DNA of 63,089 nt, counting the filler, from Octopus bimaculoides (lineage: Eukaryota), in assembly GCF_001194135.2 (NCBI RefSeq). It is 4 parts of 4 records of this genome, joined end to end, with 100 filler letters (N's around TTAATTAATTAA, not from the genome) between each part and the next. Parts side by side here need not be neighbours in the genome. Positions count along the whole stretch, not along the records: positions 1 to 28,158 come from NC_069003.1; 3 more parts are not named here. One strand, given 5' to 3'. A program made the position numbers and the translations under genes. Shown here piece after piece: positions 10,968 through 21,825 of this stretch. Numbering within the stretch: position 1 is the stretch's first letter; the number at the start of each line of letters is the position of its first letter. The notes under the pieces were generated by a model. That model was given only the letters and a program-made list of their open reading frames with translations, was not told where the DNA came from and ran no database searches.

Positions 10968-11554
10968 CATGTTAATTCCTTGTCATTGTAGTAAATATAT
11001 CATCTCTAATTTCATCACCAGGTATTTTTATCGCAAGCCAAACCTCGCTGGTAAATTCCTAGCCATATTCATTTGAATCATGGTAAATACATCGCTAAGT
11101 AATTTCATCACCAGTAAATTGATAGCCATACAAATTACATCGCCAGGTAATTAAATGGCAACTAAAACCTCAGTAAATTAATCGTCATGAATTTGGAAAG
11201 CCATACAAGATATATTTGTGCTATAATTTTTTCCCCACTTTCCATAAATCTAGTTATACAGCTGACATCGTATTTACAGATATGCCCAGTGGATATAATG
11301 GAAATATAGGGTTGTCACGATTTATCTCCAGAGTAAACAGGTTGTGAAATATCAATTAAATATTTTTATTGCAGAATAAATACTTTGCATTTAATTAACA
11401 ATGAAAAAGATATTCAGAGACCAAAAATTATTAATAAAATAAATAAATTTACTGTGTGTTTGTGCGTGTGTGTGTGTGTGAGAGAGAGAGATATATATAT
11501 AAAGAGAGAGAAATAGAGAGAGAGAGAGAGAGATCATTGAGTATTATTTCAGAA

Positions 11555-11765
11555 TTTCTTGTAAATAGAGAAAGAGCGGTTTCTAACTTAGATCCAAGGC
11601 TCCCTTCATTGGACTTTCAACATCAACAGGATATTTTTGCAGGTATGTTTGTATATGTGCAGTATTTGGAGTCAGTGCATGTGCAGATTTGAATGTTTTG
11701 TTTTATGTATGTATTGTCATGCATAATAGCTGCATGTCTTAAAGTTTTACAAATTTTTTGCAGCT
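11555..11765 (-). mobile_element. Family 1 R4/Dong-like 3' UTR fragment
   Basis: gagcggtttctaacttagatccaaggctcccttcattggactttcaacatcaac is the reverse complement of the 1260-1320 and 3370-3420 UTR. Confidence 0.7.
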
Positions 11766-12429
11766 CCATTCATAGATTGGATCTGTATGAGCGTGCGTAC
11801 GTGTGTATGTCTGCATGTACAAAGAGTGAACTCTCCTGTCGTGAACAACAGTTCAGAGATCCGCACCAGCTAATCCTGTCTCTACTCATCAAACACGAAC
11901 TTCTGGATTCTACCTTCTTTCATTCTGGATTTATTCATTCTGGACTGTTTTATTCTGAACTCTACACTCTCCGGCTGCACTTCTCCTACTCACGGATTAC
12001 ACTGGACCTATCTACTGATTTGATAGGTTTACTTCGATTTTGAACATGGTTATCATGTAAGAAATGTTTTGCGGTGCTAATTGCCAATCATGAGTAGGTT
12101 TGTGTTTTCTGCTGCAGGAAGCGATCCTTGCTTTGCTGCGTATTACGAGTCCACAATTATCATATATGAAAGCTATTCAAAAACTTATTCACATGTGGAC
12201 AAAACAGAGAACACAATTTTAAAAAATTAAAAGGAGGTCCTTGTAGGTGGTTCTGCTTTTAAGTCCATCACGATGTGTCTGTTTAGTCACATGAAATAGT
12301 TTCAAAATAATGCAGTAATCAAAAATAGATAACACCATTTTAACGAGGTAAGTTCTGATCAATATGTTTTAAATAATCCTTATTTCACAATTTTGGTATT
12401 CAGTATCAATACTTGGAATTCCTGTTCTG

Positions 12430-13262
12430 ACTTTACTGATGTGGAATTTCTTCCTTAGCGATAACGCTCTATGTTCTATCGACTAGACTATCAATTGTCT
12501 TTATACATCGCTGGTTACAATACACTGTAATTCTTCGTTCTGCGTTCTTCTCTTTCATTCGGGTCCAAATTTTTGTACCATGTCATCTTCTCACCGTCTT
12601 GGAAATCTTCCAAGTGGTCTCTTTTGATTTCTTTGATACCATTTGGCAAGGACACAGCTCTACTTGTGTGTGAATCTTATGACTGTCCTCTCCTACGAGG
12701 ATTTTGGCTGGATTGTCATATAAATTTTGAATAATATGTTCAAGGTAAGTAAGTTTTACTTTAAAGTCCTTCTTTTCGGGTGTGAACTGAACCACTATGA
12801 TCTAGTTATGGATACAACATCAAAAAGAAGGATGTGCTGTAATGACCCCGACATCTGCGACTATATTGTTCACCCAGCACCGTTCTCGAATTACTTCATT
12901 TTGGATATGCTCTCGCAATGATATTCTCGGAATGGATCTTTCCATAAACCCCAGTATCATAGCTAGTTCTTTTCGTAAGTACCTCACGTCTCTCGTGCAT
13001 ATAGAAGTGCACGTAGGTACGGTACTATTAAAGACTGGAATGCAGGTGTGCTTTCATCACATCATTCATTGAGACAAATGCCTTCCACTTCGCTCTTGCT
13101 CTGTGCGAGATCTCAACATTGATATTTCGCCATGCAATTACTGTCTGCCCTAACTAGATAAACACTTTCACTTTTTCAGTCATCGCTGTCACAACTTTTC
13201 TGCCTTGGGCTAAGTTTTTGGACCACATCTATTTTGGGCGCTCCTTTGGAAATGCATCTCTC
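12430..13262 (-). mobile_element. RTE LINE 3' fragment, interrupted at 12701-12868
   Basis: Minus strand VFNSTVPTCT...AMILGFMERSIPRISLREHIQNEVIRE (13050-12870), then AKWYQRNQKRPLGRFPRR*EDDMVQKFGPE (12660-12560). Confidence 0.7.
12701..12868 (+). mobile_element. Chapaev3-like transposon 5' fragment (start of transposase)
   Basis: Homologous to 14587-14660; encodes MDTTSKRRMCCNDPDI, the N-terminal Cys-rich (Chapa-like) motif. Confidence 0.65.
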
Positions 13263-13501
13263 CAAGAAAATGAAATGCAATTTTAAAAAAAAGTTATGAA
13301 AATGGAAAATATATATATAGAATAAATGATGTATGCAAAAAATGAGAAAGATTCATCCATTTTTTAATATTTTATACTAAAAAATAAAACAAACGGGCAC
13401 TCGCGAATATAAACAAACATGTCGGACGATACGAGGGGCGGTAATTTGCTTTTACCAATTAGGTATTATTAATGATACGAGGGGCCAAATTATTATTATT
13501 A

Positions 13502-13575
13502 TTCAGGTCACTGCCTGGAATCGAACTCGAAATTTTGGGGTTAATTGCCCACACTCTTAACCACTACGCCATATG
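13502..13575 (-). other. tRNA-like (Pol III promoter) SINE head
   Basis: Minus strand tggcgtagtggttaag...gagttcgattcc contains A-box and B-box, followed by an (AAT)n tail; stems degenerate, so not a functional tRNA. Confidence 0.65.
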
Positions 13576-13576
13576 T

Positions 13577-13607
<31 letters not shown>

Positions 13608-13613
13608 AATAAT

Positions 13614-13755
13614 ACTTTAGGAATGAGAACCCAGGTTCGAAATTTCCCCAAGACACCTGATGAAGGCTGGATGGTATATCAGCCGAAACGTTGTGTTAAC
13701 GACAAACAAGATGAGGGCAGATATCCGTCAAATGTAAATAACGTAAATAATGTCT
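13614..13755 (+). mobile_element. Penelope-like-derived repeat, family E
   Basis: Homologous to 1470-1632 (minus); follows (AAT)n. Confidence 0.7.
13652..13697 (+). ncRNA. Minimal type-I hammerhead ribozyme motif (family E)
   Basis: GACAC-CTGATGA-A-GGCTG(gatggtatat)CAGCC-GAAA-CGTT-GTGTT. Confidence 0.75.
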
Positions 13756-13839
13756 ACAAGAATTGTCTGAAAGACGCTTTTCTGTGGGGTGACAAAGGCA
13801 ATTTCAAAGTGTATGATCAAAACTAAGAGTTCAGTGCAC

Positions 13840-14150
13840 TAGGCGACATTGGGGCGTCCAATTCAAAAATCCTTTCATGATGTTAGGCAGTCTGGGAATC
13901 TTCGAGAAACCCACGACTAGTTTATTTCATGAAAGCCATTACTGTTGCATAAATATTTGAAAGAATGACCTTCATTTAAGGGAGACGCTAAAATGCAATG
14001 GTTGCAACCATGCACATCATCAATGCAATCATTAGACGGGATTCGACTTAAGCAGACTACAAACATGGCATTTCGATGGATGCAATTAAATCTATTCTTC
14101 TTGTTAAGTTTACAATAAGACGTCGGGAGTCCTCCGTTTCGGGTGGAAGT
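13840..14150 (-). mobile_element. Degraded Ty3/Gypsy reverse transcriptase relic
   Basis: Across frames: RNGGL...YCKLNK, RIPSNDCIDDV, NSNGFHEI and EDSQTA*HHERIFELDAPM resemble the Gypsy DYRKLN, SGFHQI and KTAF.T..GLFEF..MPFG motifs. Confidence 0.4.
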
Positions 14151-14395
14151 GAGTAATCTTCAATGTACAGTCTAGCAGCGCGGAGGTGGCACCGTCACAT
14201 CTTCCCGTGACACCAAGCGGCACAGAACATATTTCTTCGTCCAGCTGACACTCGACAGACAGATGACGTTTGCTACGAACGCCCCGAGGGCGTTGGTTAC
14301 AACGAAGGAGCTTGTTACCGTGTCTTCCTCGGAGTGCTCAGGTTACCTAAAAAGAAACCTGCAGCGTGCGCGGATATCTCAGATCAGATCAATAA

Positions 14396-14845
14396 CACTG
14401 GTCAACAAAATAAAACTTTTATTTTCTGGCATAAAATCTTAAATCTATTTTAGACTAATTTTTGGGTGCTAATTCCAAAACTGACCTCAGATTTGCTCTA
14501 TCACATCACATTTTTGTGCCATCGGTGTATACCTTTATTTACCTGGAGCATACCAAAAGTTAACTTTACACCACCGCTTGCGGGGAATTTTGGCTGGATT
14601 GTCATATAAATCAAAAAGAAAGATGTGCTGTAATGACCCCGACATCGTATGTTACGTCTGTGGAAACTTCACTCCACAGGGTCAAAGGCGCAACATTAAT
14701 AACTTTATCAAGAAGGTGTATCCTGCTTACATTAAAGTAACACTTTGAGACCTGGACAAAACCTGGGCTCCCCACGAACTTTGCAAGACGTGTGTTGAAA
14801 CTTGATGTGATAAAGCAATTCATCAAAGCTCTTGATTACAGTTGA
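14396..14845 (+). mobile_element. Chapaev3-like DNA transposon, left end plus N-terminal transposase
   Basis: Starts CACTGGTCAACAAAAT; encodes MCCNDPDIVCYVCGNFTPQGQRRNINNFIKKVYPAYIKVTL*DLDKTWAPHELCKTCVE (CYxCG...WAPH..C..C motif). Confidence 0.7.
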
Positions 14846-14871
14846 GACTGCTTCATATATATATATATATA

Positions 14872-15110
14872 TGTAAGGTACGACCGTGCGAACTCAAAAA
14901 GGAGATATGGTGACGAATGGAAAAACAGGACTCCTTTTATTTAAACGTGTCACACGGTCGAACATACAAATATATATCAAATGATGATATATATGATATG
15001 TTATACGACGATAACATAGATGACCAGTAATGAAAGACCACAACCGTATAAGATGGAATAACAGAGATATTTATTGTGGCGTAAAAGATGTATGTCTGTG
15101 TGTGAGTGTG
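14872..15110. mobile_element. Possible LTR fragment inserted at (TA)n
   Basis: Begins TGTAAG directly after (TA)n; short internal inverted repeat gaccgtg/cacggtc; no other support. Confidence 0.2.
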
Positions 15111-16129
15111 AATGCGACATTTAAGAACATAATCAAAGACAGGCCGTCATGCAAAGAAAAGTGTGTATGTGAGTGATACATGTGTGTGAGTGTTTACAGN
15201 NNNNNNNNNNNNNNNNNNNNNNNNNNNNNNNNNNNNNNNNNNNNNNNNNNNNNNNNNNNNNNNNNNNNNNNNNNNNNNNNNNNNNNNNNNNNNNNNNNNN
15301 NNNNNNNNNNNNNNNNNNNNNNNNNNNNNNNNNNNNNNNNNNNNNNNNNNNNNNNNNNNNNNNNNNNNNNNNNNNNNNNNNNNNNNNNNNNNNNNNNNNN
15401 NNNNNNNNNNNNNNNNNNNNNNNNNNNNNNNNNNNNNNNNNNNNNNNNNNNNNNNNNNNNNNNNNNNNNNNNNNNNNNNNNNNNNNNNNNNNNNNNNNNN
15501 NNNNNNNNNNNNNNNNNNNNNNNNNNNNNNNNNNNNNNNNNNNNNNNNNNNNNNNNNNNNNNNNNNNNNNNNNNNNNNNNNNNNNNNNNNNNNNNNNNNN
15601 NNNNNNNNNNNNNNNNNNNNNNNNNNNNNNNNNNNNNNNNNNNNNNNNNNNNNNNNNNNNNNNNNNNNNNNNNNNNNNNNNNNNNNNNNNNNNNNNNNNN
15701 NNNNNNNNNNNNNNNNNNNNNNNNNNNNNNNNNNNNNNNNNNNNNNNNNNNNNNNNNNNNNNNNNNNNNNNNNNNNNNNNNNNNNNNNNNNNNNNNNNNN
15801 NNNNNNNNNNNNNNNNNNNNNNNNNNNNNNNNNNNNNNNNNNNNNNNNNNNNNNNNNNNNNNNNNNNNNNNNNNNNNNNNNNNNNNNNNNNNNNNNNNNN
15901 NNNNNNNNNNNNNNNNNNNNNNNNNNNNNNNNNNNNNNNNNNNNNNNNNNNNNNNNNNNNNNNNNNNNNNNNNNNNNNNNNNNNNNNNNNNNNNNNNNNN
16001 NNNNNNNNNNNNNNNNNNNNNNNNNNNNNNNNNNNNNNNNNNNNNNNNNNNNNNNNNNNNNNNNNNNNNNNNNNNNNNNNNNNNNNNNNNNNNNNNNNNN
16101 NNNNNTATATATATATATATATATGTACA

Positions 16130-16584
16130 ACCTTTCCAAGTCTCAGTAACGAGAAGAAAGTCGGAATATTTGATGGACCTCAAATAAGAACACTCCTCAA
16201 GAATCCATATTTTGTTACAACAATGAGTGCCGCGGAGGCTAGAGCTTGGAATGCCTTCTCTGATGTGGTGTGGAATTTCCTTGAGAACAGGAAAGCTGAC
16301 AACTATCAAGAGGTTGTGGAGGAACTGCTTTTGAGTTTGCAGGCACTTGGATGTAGAATGAGCATTAAATTTCACTACTTAGCCATTTGATTCAATTTCC
16401 AGAGAACCCGGGTGATGTTAGCGAAGAACAAGGCGAACGCTTTCATCAAGATGTAAAAGTAATGGAAGAACGCTATCAAGGCCGATGGGACTTAAACACG
16501 ATGGCAGGTTACTGCTGGTGCTTGATAAGAGATATTCCTGGTGTGCGCAAGAAATCGTCAAAAAAGAGGACGTTCTTGCAGTAG
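16130..16584 (+). pseudogene. Chapaev3-like transposase C-terminal fragment (frameshifted)
   Basis: GIFDGPQIR...AWNAFSDVVWNFLENRKADNY...GCRMSIKFHYL / FPENPGDVSEEQGERFHQDVKVMEERYQGRW...YCW; probably the same element as 14396-14845 across the gap. Confidence 0.75.
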
Positions 16585-16899
16585 TAAGATGATCAGAATG
16601 GATGACCATAATGAATAGAGATTTTGTATTCATATTTTGTTATCAATAAGCATAATTCTTACATGCTAATTTGTATTTACTCCCACAACTTTGTTTTGAT
16701 CCTCCCTCTTTCCTTCCTTCCTTCTTTCTTTCGTTTTCTTTCTTTCTTTCTTCCATCCTTTCTTTCTTTCTACCTTCCTCCCTCTTTCTTTCTCTCCCCT
16801 CTTTGTTTGTTTGTTTGTTTCTTTCTTTTTGTTCCAGCATGGTCACAGTCAAATGACTGAAACAAATAAAAAAAAACAAAAAACTATGCCATTTTAATG

Positions 16900-18360
16900 C
16901 AGAACAACGCCGGGTATCTCTGCTAGTACTGAAAATATTGCGACTGTTAGGAATTTGAAGAACGGCAGGATTCTGGAAAATTTAGTTGCAATGCCAACTA
17001 CTCAACATTATGATGCTGAACCATTGGCCGACTTGTTAATTAAGGAATTAACCAACCTTGGCATTGACCCAAAGCGTATGTTGTCACAATGCTACGATGG
17101 TGCTTCTGTGATGTCTGGCAAAATAGATGGCGTTCAAATAAAGATTCAGTATCGACTTGAAAAACATATACTTTGTTCATTGTCTTAATCATCAGTTGCA
17201 TCTTGTCGCGGTTAACACAATAAAGCGGATTCCGGAGTTAGCTACGTTCTTCATAATTTTATTAAACGGCCAAGGATAGCTAGTCTCTGCAAATGATTGA
17301 AATTGCCACGTCTTATGGAGCAAATGTGGTCGGGTCATTTCAGTGCCATGGCTTCTGTAATAGAAAATCACTCCAAGATTGTTGGTTTGCTGACCGAGTG
17401 CACAGATTCATCAGATTCAAAAACATGTTTTGAGGCAACTGGAATTTTACATCAAGTTCGTTACAAAATGTTTTTTTTTCTAGCCCTTGTTCTTAGGAAA
17501 TTTTTGCATATAATTAGGCCAGTAGACAAACACCTTCAGAGTCACAGGTGTGATATATACCATGGCCTTGAGCTTCTTAAGATGGCCAAGAACCAAACTA
17601 AGAGACTCTTTGATATTAGATGAGATTCTGAAACAAATGAGTCAATTTAATGTTATTGAAGAACGCATGCATCGAAAAGCTTGCGGGTTCCAATGTTGTT
17701 GAAGCCCTGGTACCATCACAAGATGACTGGATAATCTTTCACCACAAAATTTATTTCACCATCATCGATGAAAGCTTGGGAGAGCTAGATAATAGATTTT
17801 CAGAGCAAAACGACAGCATATATTCTTCCTTGGCAAGTCTACTACCAATCTCCAAGACATTTTTGGATTTTGATATTTTAAAACCTTTGAGCCATTTAGT
17901 TAATTGCGATAAATCGGCCTTGCTGTCTGAACTTAAAGTGACTTAAGCATACATTTTCAAACAAAATATGATGATAATACTGGATATTTTTGGATCATTA
18001 TGTATCCAAATGTTTATCTATTGTATGGAGCAGTATAAACATTTGGGTCTAGCACAGCCACACGCGAGTCATCGTTTTCAACGCCTACTTGAATTATGAC
18101 TCCCTTTCGACGAAATATGAAGCACCCGCGAAAATCAAACCTCGTGATACTTGCTTCTCTTGGTAACTTCAAATCAATTATAGACAAGAACGATTTTCTG
18201 AAATTTTTTGCATTGCGTTGCCGTAGATTGCAGTTGTATTAAATAAATGTAACCTGATTTTATTTTTTGTGTTGTGAATTTTCTTGAAAAACAATCGAAT
18301 TTTATAAACAGTATGGTTTTTATAATTCTGTTCAGCACACCCAGCTATCAGGATATCCCC
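16900..18360 (+). mobile_element. Degraded hAT (ZMYM1-like/Tip100-type) transposase and right end
   Basis: SQCYDGASVMSGK, then C.NHQLHLV, LDNRFSEQN and STATRESSFSTL-like dimerisation motif; many stops and frameshifts. Confidence 0.8.
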
Positions 18361-18711
18361 ATCCCCTCTGTTGCAATAGGCTAGTTAGGTGACTGCGGTC
18401 ACATATAAAGTATAAACTATAAAGATTTAAGCAAATCTTTACAAAAGTGAAAACTTGTATATTGTTAGATGTATGCATGTGTACGTATGTGTGTATGTGC
18501 TTGTGTTTGTGTACGTTTCAAGCAAACTCGATTGAAAATCAATGATATAAATAAAATCAATGAAATAAAAGTCGTTAAAAATATCTCAGGTGATAATAAT
18601 ATCAAGAGCCGCATATAAAGACTTACCTGAGTCCGTTTGATTGCTATTTTACTGCAAAGCGTTTAAGGGAGGGGGGAGCTCGTGCTGGAAGGCACGTGTG
18701 ACAGAAATGGA

Positions 18712-18854
18712 CAGACAGACAGACAGACATATAGATAGATAAATAGATTGACAGATAAATAGAGACTGGCAGACAGATAGATAGATAGATTGACAGATAA
18801 ATAGAGACTGGCAGACAGACAGATAGATAGATAGATAGATAAATAGAGACTGGC

Positions 18855-18897
<43 letters not shown>

Positions 18898-18905
18898 CAG
18901 ATAGA
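18712..18905. repeat. (GATA)n/(GACA)n with higher-order unit
   Basis: agataaatagagactggcaga recurs three times within the tetranucleotide tract. Confidence 0.9.
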
Positions 18906-19059
18906 GAGTCAAACAAAATGGTAAACCTAAAGTTTCATTTTTCTAGCTGTTAACAGTCGACCTGAAAGAAACAATAGCTAATTCTTGCTCAAAATCAATC
19001 AATCCTACCTTTTTATATGAAGGAAGGACACCCGAATCTGTTGGAGGTGGGCCTCTCAA

Positions 19060-19390
19060 TTATGAGTTCCGTGGTTGTTCCCATGCATGAAATAGCAACT
19101 AAATCTCCTTTAAATCGTATTGTTGCCAACGAGAAAACCTCTCCGTCGTTGCTGGTCGTTCTATAAATAGCAACTAAATCTCTTTCAAAACGCACAGTTA
19201 GGTGCGTAAGAGGAAAGGACATCTAAGTCAACGAGATCTCTACGTGGTCGTTCAACATGCTAGAAACAGAAGTCTTATCTGCCTCAAATCACACATGCAG
19301 TTGCATAAAAGAAAACTAAACCCGAAGATGAAGCTCTCTATGTGGTCGCTCGCCATGCCTGAAATCTCCCTCAAATCACGCACTACACTA
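19060..19390 (+). repeat. Degenerate array of about 85-100-bp units (family G)
   Basis: Core (gt)ggtcgttc...(aaatagcaact)aaatctccctcaaatcac recurs about 4 times; a related copy lies at 33735-33760. Confidence 0.5.
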
Positions 19391-19474
19391 CAATCATATC
19401 AAAATAATGGATACAACCAAACCACATCGACCTCCCTGCTTGAAAGCTACTTTCTTCATCCTCTCTGAAAAGAT

Positions 19475-19750
19475 GAGATTTGAATTCAGAACATTAAGAC
19501 GGGCGAAATGCCGCCAAGCGCTTTTATCCGGCCCAGTAACGATTCTTTTCTAATCTAGGCACAAAGCCCGAAATTTTTTTTTTGGGGGGGGGAGGACCAG
19601 TCGATTAGATCGACCCCAGTACGCAACTGATACTTTATTTATCGACCCCGAAAGGGTGAAAGGCAAAGTCAACCTCGGCGGTATTTGAACTCAGAACGTA
19701 AAGGCAGACGAAATACCGCTAAGCATTTCGCCCGGCGTGCTAACGTTTCG
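19475..19750 (-). mobile_element. SINE family C (near full copy 19541-19750 plus a second head fragment 19475-19545)
   Basis: atttgaactcagaacgta...aaataccgctaagcatttcgcccggcgtgctaacg and tail ctaggcacaaagcccgaaattt. Confidence 0.85.
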
Positions 19751-19867
19751 TTAAGAAAACAAGTGGCGCCCGTGAAATCAGAAAGATCCTAACATATATC
19801 AATGGGTATATGCAGTATCACTAATCTCAGTCTGAGCATAGGTACCTTATGTGAGCCCCATATAGAG

Positions 19868-20014
19868 ATGGTGTTCAATTACTCTATGAGGATGATGGTG
19901 GTGGAGGATGTGGTGCTTATGTGAGACCTGCTATGCTGTACTCACAGAATGGCATACACCATTCTATGCCTGACTGGCTGTACTGTAATAGTACACAGTA
20001 TGTGGATTTTCAAG
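19868..20014 (+). CDS. Candidate internal coding exon (147 nt, phase 1-1), product unknown
   Basis: Open frame (D)GVQLLYEDDGGGGCGAYVRPAMLYSQNGIHHSMPDWLYCNSTQYVDFQ(G); good donor CAAG|GTGAGC; weak acceptor; in-frame stop 14 nt upstream. Confidence 0.3.
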
Positions 20015-20294
20015 GTGAGCTCTGTTTGGCTGTATGCAAATGAGTTCATTACTGAGGTCCGGAACTTTCGTGGGGAAAAAAATTCGCGCCTGGGGTGGAT
20101 CTTCCGTTTGCCGTACCCGAACCCCACAAAAAACACATATTGCCTACAGCAGACCCAAAATTTCGTGCATTTTCAGTAGTTTAAAAAAAAATTTTTTTCA
20201 TATATATATATATATATACATATTATCGTGAATTATCGCATACCGTACTATTTCAATATAATCTATTCTGGCTTTATAGCCTACAAGAGGATGA

Positions 20295-20345
20295 AAAGTG
20301 CCGCCCGGGACGGACCGCCCCTATCGCTCCCACTCCCTAGCTACT
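20295..20345 (-). mobile_element. hAT-type MITE terminus fragment
   Basis: Minus strand gtagctagggagtgggagcgataggggcggtccgtcccgggcggcac resembles the GC-rich hAT-N subterminal motif. Confidence 0.35.
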
Positions 20346-21121
20346 CTAGAGCCAACATGCATGTAGAGTTTATCTCCAGCTGGTAATGTTCTCTGATTGC
20401 TCTGTCAGGCCAATAATTTCCGGAAGTCCTCCGGAAAAGACCAGCCAGCTGATTTCCACTGATGCCCAGGTCTTCCCCGAGAACGTATTTGCCCTTACCT
20501 ATCACAAATCTTCTGTAGAAAAATGGTGGAACATCCACTAACAGCATTGCTCGACTAGCAGAAGGCTATGAACATCTGATAGCGCTCAACGTACCAGGGG
20601 GGGGGGGGTCCCTGGCTAGGTCTACTCTTGATCCAAGACCGCAGCTCAGTCAAAAAGACAAACAGTAGAAAAGTGCATACAACAGCAACAGCAGCAGCAG
20701 CAACAACAACAACTGATATAACTAACAAAGAGGAAAGAAAGAAGATAGAAGAGGAATAAGAAGGTGGGGGGGGGGGAAGAAATGAATCGTTTTGACATCT
20801 CAATAGAACACAAACTGGTTTTGTAATAAAAAGAATCTTCTAATATATGTGCGCGCGCGTATGTATGTGTCTAATGTTTTTCACACAGTAGTAATAGATG
20901 GTAGAGGACGCCGGAGTCGGCGGCGATGGTGGTATAGAGAGGAGAGTGTGTTTGTTTTGAAAGGTTAGATCTAGAAAAAAGTAAACATTAAACACAGAAA
21001 TGATTGTTTGTGTATGTGTGTGTGTCATGTGTTCGATTTTATGCATTTCCTTTTTGAGTTTTATATAGCTTAACTTCTAGCAATGTGATTCTGCTGTCGT
21101 CAGTCGTGAAATACATAAACA

Positions 21122-21387
21122 GGTAATCTTCAAGTTTAGGGGGATAAAAAAAATAAATAAAAATATTCAAGGGAAATAACTGAACGACTTACCAGTATTA
21201 TCCGTTTTCTTCTAGATGTTTGTAAATAAATCACACCCTAACCCTAATCCTAACCCTAACGTCAATCAAATCACGTGTGTGATTTATTTATAAACAGAGA
21301 TGTACGGAGAATACTGGTAAGACGTTCAGTTACTTCCCTTGAATATTTTTATTTATTTTTTTTATCCCCCTAAACTTGAAGATTACC
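21122..21387. mobile_element. Foldback MITE, Merlin-like termini, 8-bp TSD, telomeric repeat at apex
   Basis: Arms 21122-21236 and 21277-21387 are near-perfect reverse complements; termini GGTAATC/GATTACC; CATAAACA at 21114-21121 and 21388-21395; loop has four CCCTAA-type units. Confidence 0.85.
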
Positions 21388-21414
21388 CATAAACATACAT
21401 ACATATATGTATAC

Positions 21415-21800
21415 TTTTACTTTTTTCGGTCATTTGACTGCGGCCATGCTGGAGCACCACCTTGAAGGGTTTTTTTAATCTAACAAATCGACGCCAGGAC
21501 TTTTTTTTTTTTAAAGTCTTAGTACTTATTCAATCGGTCTTTTTGCCGAACCTCTAATTTACGGGGACGTACACGCACCGACATCGATTGTCAAGCGGTA
21601 ATGGTGGGGGGTGGGGGGGAACAAACACAGATACAAACACACACACACAAACCACACACATACGACAGGCTTTTTTCAGTTTCCGTCTACCAGTCCACTC
21701 ACAAGGCTTTGGTCCGCCCTAAGTTATGATAGAAGAGGTTATAACATACCCAAGGAGTCACGCAGTGGGACTGAACTCGAAAGTAAACTTCTTACCATAT
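21415..21800 (-). mobile_element. SINE family A, diverged
   Basis: Family A tail and middle. Confidence 0.85.
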
Positions 21801-21825
21801 GCATGCGTGTGTGTGTGTGTGTGTA

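Noticed and set aside
13502-13575. Functional tRNA gene
   Set aside because: A/B boxes are present, but acceptor and anticodon stems do not form; it is a SINE-type head.
21236-21260. Telomere or chromosome-fusion site
   Set aside because: Only 3-4 repeat units, enclosed in TSD-bounded or palindromic elements, with no head-to-head arrays.
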